DNA from: an uncultured Bdellovibrionales bacterium | GTDB taxonomy: Bacteria > Patescibacteriota > Minisyncoccia > Moranbacterales > DUUL01 | DNA length: 64,000 nucleotides | Reading direction: 5' to 3' | Assembly: GCA_964346295.1 (NCBI GenBank) | Contig: CAYFUG010000002.1 | Coordinates: forward strand, 7,355-71,354 | Shown here: positions 57,926 through 64,000 of the stretch, piece by piece | Layout of the letters: each line of letters opens with the position of its first letter | Position numbering within the stretch: position 1 is the stretch's first letter | The notes under the pieces: model-generated | Told to the model about the DNA's origin: nothing | The model's database searches: none | What the model saw: only the letters and a program-made list of their open reading frames with translations | Position numbers and translations under genes: made by a program

Positions 57926-58555
57926 TCAAGAATTATACTTACGATGCTCCGAAAAATGAGACCAGAGATCAGCGATAGTTTTAAGCGCTATTAATAATAC
58001 AGCCGGAAAAGCCACGAATCCTATAATAATCGCCAAATGCATGGGGATAACTCTTTTGTAAGGCTCCGTGAAAAGCTTAGTTAGCTCAGCTTGCTCATAT
58101 TCCTTTGCCTTGAGATAATTCAACCAATAAGAAATCCCGTGGCTCAAAAAGAGTAAGGTTGAAAAAATTACTACTCGCCTAACAATCAAAGAGGGGTCAC
58201 TTAAATTGCCATCCTTAATAAAAACCAGTACCAAAAGAAAAATAAAGTGAACTGTCATAAAACCCCCAAAGTGAGACAGAAAGAAAAGTATCGTTCCCCA
58301 TCGCCCCATTTTATTAGCATCTAAAGCCTTTTTATTGAATTTTAGTCCCTTAGGCGGCTTCCCAAATTTCTTAGCCTTAGCCATCTTAAGTACGGTGAAA
58401 AATCCAATAATTGCCGTTTCCACCCAAAAAGAAAGCAAAATGACCCCCGAACTCCAGCCCCAAAAAAGCACGCCCAAAACTGCCGCTGAATTAGAAGCAA
58501 TTAAAAAGAAGGCACTAATTAAGATTTGCTTTTTTTGAGTATTAAAGAATGGCAT
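57926..58555 (-). CDS. Hypothetical polytopic membrane protein
   Basis: Six TM helices. Confidence 0.5.
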   Translation of the reverse strand: MPFFNTQKKQILISAFFLIASNSAAVLGVLFWGWSSGVILLSFWVETAIIGFFTVLKMAKAKKFGKPPKGLKFNKKALDANKMGRWGTILFFLSHFGGFMTVHFIFLLVLVFIKDGNLSDPSLIVRRVVIFSTLLFLSHGISYWLNYLKAKEYEQAELTKLFTEPYKRVIPMHLAIIIGFVAFPAVLLIALKTIADLWSHFSEHRKYNS

Positions 58556-58598
58556 TACTCAATTTTCATAAAGATAAAGATAGGTTCTCATCAAGCTA

Positions 58599-58808
58599 CT
58601 AACTATCCAGGTCGCCAGTCTTCTCCTCCACTTCCAGCTTCATTTTCTCTAATTTATTTCGAGTTTTTTTAATTTTCTGGCTAGTCTCCTGGTAAAGCTC
58701 CAGGCTTTCATCAATAGAAAGTTCGCCTTGATCCAGCTCCTCCACGGCTCGCTGGATTTCTTGCAAATCTTGCTCTAAGTTGGTTTTTTTAGTTTTTTTC
58801 TGGGACAT
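58599..58808 (-). CDS. xseB: Exodeoxyribonuclease VII small subunit
   Basis: LEQDLQEIQRAVEELDQGELSIDESLELYQETSQKIKK matches the XseB helical hairpin signature. xseA is not adjacent. Confidence 0.75.
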   Translation of the reverse strand: MSQKKTKKTNLEQDLQEIQRAVEELDQGELSIDESLELYQETSQKIKKTRNKLEKMKLEVEEKTGDLDS

Positions 58809-58965
58809 AAATTTAAAAATAATTTATTTATAAGTGGCGCTGATCAGCTTATCTTCATAAGTGATCTTGAAGAAATCACCCAATCTGGGGATCAGTTTAG
58901 TGACGAAGATGATATCCAGAAGCTTAGAATGGCTCTTTTTAGACAGCCTAACTAATACCTCTAAT

Positions 58966-59496
58966 CTATTTGGAATTAGATGCTTTTTCGCACTTAGCTT
59001 TAGCTTTTTTCTTCTTCAGCCACCATAATCCTTGGAATAACAAAGCAAAAATCACTGCAAAAATCATGAAGTTACCGAGTGATAACGCCAAAGCCTCCCA
59101 AGAGCTATGGTAATCACCACAAGGAGCTCCACTTTGAACAATTGAAATAGGAAACCCGAATTTGGAAACCTTAAACCACTCACCTTTGCACATTTCCAGA
59201 GAAAAGCTATCTTCCCACACTATACAAAACATTTGCCCTATCACAACCAATAAGGCTAAATTAAGAGAAGAAAGATTAAAATAGACTTCTTTAACCCTCT
59301 TCATCTCTTTCTTGGTGACCTCCTTTTTTCTTTTCAATAACAGCACCAGCCCTACCAGCCCTACCAAAGTCAGGCTATAAATTACTGCGGCAATCAGTCC
59401 ACTCCAAGGAGTACTTAAAACATCCACTCCAAAAATCAAAAGTAAAAATCCTCCAATTAAATTTCCGTAAAAAAGTTTCTTGCTAATTTTCTCCAT
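58966..59496 (-). CDS. Hypothetical membrane protein
   Basis: Four TM helices; KK-rich juxtamembrane segments. Confidence 0.5.
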   Translation of the reverse strand: MEKISKKLFYGNLIGGFLLLIFGVDVLSTPWSGLIAAVIYSLTLVGLVGLVLLLKRKKEVTKKEMKRVKEVYFNLSSLNLALLVVIGQMFCIVWEDSFSLEMCKGEWFKVSKFGFPISIVQSGAPCGDYHSSWEALALSLGNFMIFAVIFALLFQGLWWLKKKKAKAKCEKASNSK

Positions 59497-59540
59497 TTTC
59501 TATTTATTTTTAAAATTTTAAGTTAACTATCGCGACACTA

Positions 59541-60482
59541 TTAATCATAGAATTTTCTCAGATCTCCTTTTTTAAAAGTCCACTCCGGAGTAATTAAGCT
59601 ATCTTCAAAGTCAACGCTAAACCAAGGACTTAAGCTTTTGTTTTGAGGTTTTTGCAAAACATGAATATCCTGGGCTGGCATATAACTTTGCGCTAAGAGA
59701 AAAATCTTTCACCCGTTACAGAATCCGCCGCTACATCCACCACCAACACGGCATGCCCTGGACTTCCACCTTGAATTATCACTTGCCCTGCCGTCAAATC
59801 CTGCCAAGAAGCCAAGTCTAGTTCTTGTTCTAAAGAAAAAGTGCCGGCATAAGTAAAAACCAAATCCAGATAGCGTCGAAAACTCTCGCGAGAATAATCC
59901 TCCGGAGCTATTTTATTCCAATCTGCCCTCCCGGAAGAGAAATCGGGCCGATAGCCTTGCGCGTATTTTTCAAAAGAAGCCTCTCGGCCATTAGTAAAGT
60001 TAAAGTGAGTCTCTGAATAATCACCTTTCCTGGCCTATTTAATTTTCTCAAAAAGATACTCTGCTCGCAAGCAAATCACTGCATCGGCGCATTGCTGCAA
60101 ATCCCGTTTTCCTCGATCAATTTCCAACACAGCAAATTGGGCTGTTTGGTTTCTTTTAGGCTTTCCGTTATAGAAATAAACCTTTTTGGAATCTGTTTTC
60201 AACGGAAAATTTGCAAATAAGAATTGAGAGAGACTTCGACAAGAGACACCCGCTCAAAGCCCTTCGGAAGAGGAATCTCTCCCACTCGAGAAAATCTCCC
60301 GGCCTCCCAGATTATTTCCGAGCTGTTCGATTTTTCTAGCCATAAGTCACTTGAACTCGAGCTGGCAACTTCCTCCCGATTTGAATCTCCGTTCTCGTAA
60401 CCACTGTTCCCTTTACCACAACCGGACACCGCCAACAAAGTGCTCGTCACAAAAAAACAAAAACAGGCCTGCTACCAGCCAT
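59541..60482 (-). pseudogene. Decayed lipoprotein gene: frameshift in the signal peptide at an A7CA5 tract, two in-frame TAG stops and at least two further frameshifts
   Basis: Minus strand reads MAGSRPVFVFL* then FFVTSTLLAVSGCGKGNSG... (lipobox) ...LQIFR*, then frame-shifted ...[54 protein letters not shown] (TAG near 60035), ...GSPGHAVLVVDVAADSVTGERFFS* (TAG near 59693), then ...AQSYMPAQDIHVLQKPQNKSLSPWFSVDFEDSLITPEWTFKKGDLRKFYD*. TAG is a genuine stop in neighbouring genes. Confidence 0.5.
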
Positions 60483-60683
60483 TTTATTTTTTTCTTATCT
60501 TTAATTTTGATCATCTTCCTAAATTACCAAATTTTACAAACTTCATTAGGAAAATTTGAGATTTGTTTTAATGACCTGTCGTGAAACCCCCATAAGGCTT
60601 AGGTTTGAAAATTTAGTACGCAGTTAAACATCTAACTTCTACTGCCTACCTTATTCTGACGGTGGCAATTTTGAAATTTAAAA

Positions 60684-61154
60684 CTACTTGAGTTTACCGC
60701 AGAATTCCTCGATTTCTTTTTTCACCTCTTTAGCTTCAGCTTTCACTTGCTTATCCTTAATTCCTAATTTCGCCACGGGAGCTTGAAGTAACTCTTCCAA
60801 GTCCCTGAAGGTGTTGCTAACTTCTCCCCCAAAAGTACAGAAGAGGGCTATCTTGGTATTTTTGAGGGATTCTTGATGCTCCAAGGCATAAGTTCGAATG
60901 GCGGGAGTCGCCGTTCCCACCCACACCGGAGTGCCTAAAATCACTAGATCGTAGTCCGCTGGATCTTGAGTAAACTTAATTTTGGTAGCCTTTTTCTTGA
61001 GGGCATCGTGGCCTCCCACTAAAAACCCTTTGATGCCCTTACGACTCTTTTCGTCTTTAATTTCATCTAAGTCCGCCTCTAAAATCTTGGCGATTTGCTC
61101 CGCTACTTGTTTAGTATGCTCCGTTCTAGAGTAATAAGCAATGAGAATTTTCAT
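60684..61154 (-). CDS. Flavodoxin-like fold protein (flavodoxin / NAD(P)H-dependent FMN reductase family); start moved to MKILIAYYS
   Basis: MKILIAYYSRTEHTKQVAEQIA flavodoxin N-terminal phosphate-binding pattern. The track ORF's extra 25 codons run into the repeat element. Confidence 0.7.
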   Translation of the reverse strand: MKILIAYYSRTEHTKQVAEQIAKILEADLDEIKDEKSRKGIKGFLVGGHDALKKKATKIKFTQDPADYDLVILGTPVWVGTATPAIRTYALEHQESLKNTKIALFCTFGGEVSNTFRDLEELLQAPVAKLGIKDKQVKAEAKEVKKEIEEFCGKLK

Positions 61155-61189
61155 TTTAGTTTTAATGCAAAAATGAGAGCGATAAGATT

Positions 61190-61269
61190 TAAGGAGTTTC
61201 CTCCTTAAATCTTTGTACGGTGAAATCAAAATGCAAGCGACAACAACGAGATTTTCAAAAAAGAAAGTC
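61190..61269 (+). repeat. Intergenic structured repeat, copy D, abutting the pnp stop codon
   Basis: taaggag-tttc-ctcctta hairpin + gtacggtgaaatcaaaatgcaagcgacaacaacgagattttcaaaaaagaaagtcc. The ORF track translates it as MYGEIKMQATTTRFSKK. Confidence 0.75.
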
Positions 61270-63417
61270 CTACTTCAACCGTTTCACTTCATTCTCCATT
61301 CCCTTCATAGTCAAATTAATCCGGCCCATTTGATCAATCTCCGCTACTTTAACTTTAACCTTCTGACCTACCTTGAGATAGTTTTCCACTTTATCAATTC
61401 GCTCGTCAGCAATCTTGGAAATATGCACCAAGCCATCTTTTCCGCCCGGCCAGAGCTCCACAAAGGCTCCAAAGTCCATCAATTTGACCACTCGAGCATC
61501 CGGATAAATCTCGCCTGCTTCCACTTCACGAACAATATCCTGGATCATCTTTTGGGCTTTTTGACCACCCTCTCCGTTTTCGGCAGTGATGAAGATAGTC
61601 CCATCGTCTTCAATGTCAATATTAGCCCCAGTTTCATCAATAATCTCGTTGATAATTTTTCCGCCTGGCCCAATCACCTCCCGAATCTTTTCTTCGGCAA
61701 TTTTCATGGTAATAATACTCGGGGCGTAAGATGAAAGTTCTGCTCGAGGCTCTGGGATAGCTGCTAACATCACCTCCATAATCTCCATTCGAGCCTTATG
61801 AGCCTGCTCCAGCACCTCAATCACTACCTCGGGAGAAATTCCGTCAATTTTCACATCCATCTGCATAGCAGTGATTCCGTCTTTAGTTCCTGCCACCTTA
61901 AAGTCCATATCACCCCAATGGTCTTCCGGTCCTTGAATGTCGGAAAGAATCTTGTACTCGCCATTTTCTCCAGTGATAATTCCCATCGCGATCCCACTCA
62001 CCGGGCTTTTGATTGGAACTCCCGCGTCCATTAAGGAGAGAGTGGATCCGCAAGTAGAGGCCATCGAAGAAGATCCATTAGAACCCAACACTTCACTTAC
62101 CAACAGCATAGTATACGGAAAGTCTTCCTTAGAAGGCAGTACCGGAAGCAAGGCTTTTTCCGCTAAGGCTCCGTGACCAATTTCTCGTCTCCCAGGGCCA
62201 CGCATTGGTCGTACTTCTCCCACACTGAAGGGAGGGAAGTTATAGTGGTGGATATAGCGCTTCTTCTCATCAACCTCCATTGTATCAATAATTTGCTGAT
62301 CACCAGGAGCTCCTAAGGTAGTCACATTAAGAACTTGTGTTTCTCCTCGTTGAAAAAGAGCGCTTCCGTGAATCCGCGGCAATACTCCTACCTTAGAAAT
62401 AATCTTCCGAACCTCATCGGTTCGCCTTCCATCGGGACGAGCCTCTTCCTGAAGAACTTTTTCGTGCAAAATTTCATTGAGACGATTCTCGAATACCAAA
62501 TCGGCTTCTGACCAGCGTTGTTCTTGCAATTTTTTTTCTTCGGCAGTTTGAGCCGGGAACTGCTTCTTTAAAAGCCCCTTGAGGCCGTCTTTAATTTTGT
62601 CCATCTTACCCTTTTGATCGTCTTTAGCTTTAGTATAAAAGGCGTCAGTAAGATCTTCTTGCTCCAAGTAATCTCGCACTTGCTTCTCCCAAGCTTCTTC
62701 TGGCTCAGTAAGAGGCACTGTAGTTTTTTCCTTACCTAACTCGTCGATAATTGACTGCTCAAAACGAGCAACCTTTTGGACTTCTTCGTAAGCCTGCCCA
62801 ATTGCCTCCGCCATCTCTTGATTAGAAATTTCTTCTCCATCCGCCTCAATCATATTGATTTTGTCAGCAGTTCCGGCCACCAACAAATCCAAGTCGCTCT
62901 CTTCCAAATGATCCGCTGCCGGATTGATTACTCGTTCGTTTTCTACCCGACCAATTCGAGCGGCTGCCACTGGTCCCCGCCAAGGAATATTAGAAACTCC
63001 CAATGCCAAAGAAGCGGCAATTATCCCAACAATCGAAGGATCATTTTCTTTGTCGATGGAAAGCACCGTGATAATTACCTGCACTTCGTTGCGCATCCGC
63101 TCATCAAAAAGCGGCCGGATAGTCCGGTCAATGATACGCCCATTGAGAATAGCCTTATCAGAAGGGCGACCTTCTCGCTTAATAAAACGCGAACCTTTAA
63201 TTTTATTGGCCGCGTAATAACGCTCTTCGTAATCCACAAACAGCGGGAAGAAGTTCATGCCTTCTCGTCGTTCTTTGCTCATGGTAGCAGTAGCCAACAC
63301 TACTGTGTCACCACATTGCACCTTAACTGAGCCGTTGGCTTGTTGCGCCAATTCGCCCAATTCTGCTTTCAGTTGCTGGCCGCCAAAATCGACCGCAAAT
63401 TCTTTTTTGTTCATCAA
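61270..63417 (-). CDS. pnp: Polyribonucleotide nucleotidyltransferase (PNPase)
   Basis: Two RNase PH domains, KH and C-terminal S1 (GQKVKVKVAEIDQMGRINLT); 715 aa. Confidence 0.95.
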   Translation of the reverse strand: MMNKKEFAVDFGGQQLKAELGELAQQANGSVKVQCGDTVVLATATMSKERREGMNFFPLFVDYEERYYAANKIKGSRFIKREGRPSDKAILNGRIIDRTIRPLFDERMRNEVQVIITVLSIDKENDPSIVGIIAASLALGVSNIPWRGPVAAARIGRVENERVINPAADHLEESDLDLLVAGTADKINMIEADGEEISNQEMAEAIGQAYEEVQKVARFEQSIIDELGKEKTTVPLTEPEEAWEKQVRDYLEQEDLTDAFYTKAKDDQKGKMDKIKDGLKGLLKKQFPAQTAEEKKLQEQRWSEADLVFENRLNEILHEKVLQEEARPDGRRTDEVRKIISKVGVLPRIHGSALFQRGETQVLNVTTLGAPGDQQIIDTMEVDEKKRYIHHYNFPPFSVGEVRPMRGPGRREIGHGALAEKALLPVLPSKEDFPYTMLLVSEVLGSNGSSSMASTCGSTLSLMDAGVPIKSPVSGIAMGIITGENGEYKILSDIQGPEDHWGDMDFKVAGTKDGITAMQMDVKIDGISPEVVIEVLEQAHKARMEIMEVMLAAIPEPRAELSSYAPSIITMKIAEEKIREVIGPGGKIINEIIDETGANIDIEDDGTIFITAENGEGGQKAQKMIQDIVREVEAGEIYPDARVVKLMDFGAFVELWPGGKDGLVHISKIADERIDKVENYLKVGQKVKVKVAEIDQMGRINLTMKGMENEVKRLK

Positions 63418-63599
63418 ACTTGGTTTTCTCTATCTTGCAAAATTTTTGCCGGAGTAGAGTAAAAGAAGAAAAAAGACCTTTTCGAGAAACTTTTTCATTG
63501 GCCTCCTTTCGCCTTTTACCCGTAGCAAAAGATCCCTGCCAAACAGAGAAAATTAAAATATTAGCTTATGACTAATTTTAAGGGACTCTTGTCTAGTTG

Positions 63600-63986
63600 T
63601 CAATCCAGAAAATCACCTATCTTTTTCATTTTGTAACATATAATTCCTAAATCCAAATATTGCCCCGTTAGAAGCGGATAAAAATCCTCTCCACTCAAAC
63701 TAACCAGGTTAAAATCCTTTAAATTCGAAATTTCTCCACGGTAAGAGGTTTTTTTTAGTTTCCCATAGACCTGCCAAAAAATTTTCTTGGTAATTTTTCT
63801 CTGGCCGACTTCTTGCGTTAAATTAAACAAGAAAGTCTCAGTAATCTCGACTGCCTTTTTTATCATCCTACTTCGATTTACGCCTTTTGATCCAAATTCT
63901 AATTCAATAGAATTATTCAATACATCTCCCATCGGACCCTTTGGATCTGGCCAAAATAAAACATTCTTCAAAGGAACCAACTCCAA
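63600..63986 (-). CDS. Hypothetical protein, possibly extending beyond the window end
   Basis: ORF on the minus strand with its first Met only 14 nt from the window edge. Confidence 0.35.
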   Translation of the reverse strand: MELVPLKNVLFWPDPKGPMGDVLNNSIELEFGSKGVNRSRMIKKAVEITETFLFNLTQEVGQRKITKKIFWQVYGKLKKTSYRGEISNLKDFNLVSLSGEDFYPLLTGQYLDLGIICYKMKKIGDFLD

Positions 63987-64000
63987 GGGGAAACTTCCCA

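Noticed and set aside
59541-60482. Stop-codon reassignment (TAG read through) as explanation for in-frame TAGs in the lipoprotein locus
   Set aside because: TAG terminates the adjacent oxidoreductase, ftsH and pnp genes, and the locus also needs several frameshifts; pseudogenisation is simpler.
61213-61734. Plus-strand 173-aa ORF starting MYGEIKMQATTTRFSKK
   Set aside because: Its start is the translated repeat element and the rest lies antisense within pnp. It shares its N-terminus with ORF 26233 only because both read the same repeat.
1-64000. CRISPR arrays, rRNA genes, integrases or prophage blocks
   Set aside because: No short regularly spaced direct repeats, no rRNA-like conserved stretches and no integrase or recombinase ORFs were found. 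The only transposase-like signal is the RAYT fragment.

Overview
A 64 kb window from a small-gene, DUF-rich bacterial genome. It resembles Candidate Phyla Radiation / Patescibacteria, but that is only an inference from gene content and K/E-rich low-complexity tails on ribosomal and membrane proteins. Core genes are dense and mostly on the minus strand: rpsP, PSP1/RicT, tsf, rpsB, cysS, a tRNA-dihydrouridine synthase, ftsH, tilS, cmk, S1-like rpsA, an aminotransferase, rdgB, tyrA-chorismate mutase, pheA, clpP, tuf, fusA, gatB, xseB and pnp. There are several nucleotide-sanitation enzymes: two NUDIX, two MazG-like, RdgB, Mpg and an HD hydrolase. Eight things stand out.
1. An AT-rich single-gene island (about 358-2807) carries a 713-aa ORF with a centrally placed CX3CX2C motif at radical-SAM-like spacing and no recognisable partner genes.
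2. A family of structured or palindromic intergenic repeats has at least 8-10 copies in this window. They sit directly beside start and stop codons, share conserved 5' and 3' arms that can pair, and vary internally with compensatory hairpins. A tandem 233-bp pair lies upstream of rpsB.
3. The ORF finder translated these repeats as the N-termini of two ORFs. A 3' fragment of a RAYT/IS200-like tyrosine transposase lies elsewhere in the window.
4. A tRNA-like gene has a 25-nt insertion that converts the anticodon arm into an uninterrupted 18-bp hairpin.
5. A PemK/MazF-family toxin gene has no detectable antitoxin. A palindrome sits in its promoter region. A perfect TTGACA-16-TATAAT promoter on the opposite strand runs to a strong intrinsic terminator across an inverted repeat copy.
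6. Two paralogous small membrane-protein genes flank rdgB.
7. Several genes are decayed: a G9/C9 homopolymer frameshift, a frameshifted MazG paralogue and a multiply-lesioned lipoprotein gene.
8. Several more genes are compositional outliers.
No CRISPR arrays or rRNA genes were seen. The small-RNA candidate does not match tmRNA, SRP, 6S or RNase P by motif inspection.
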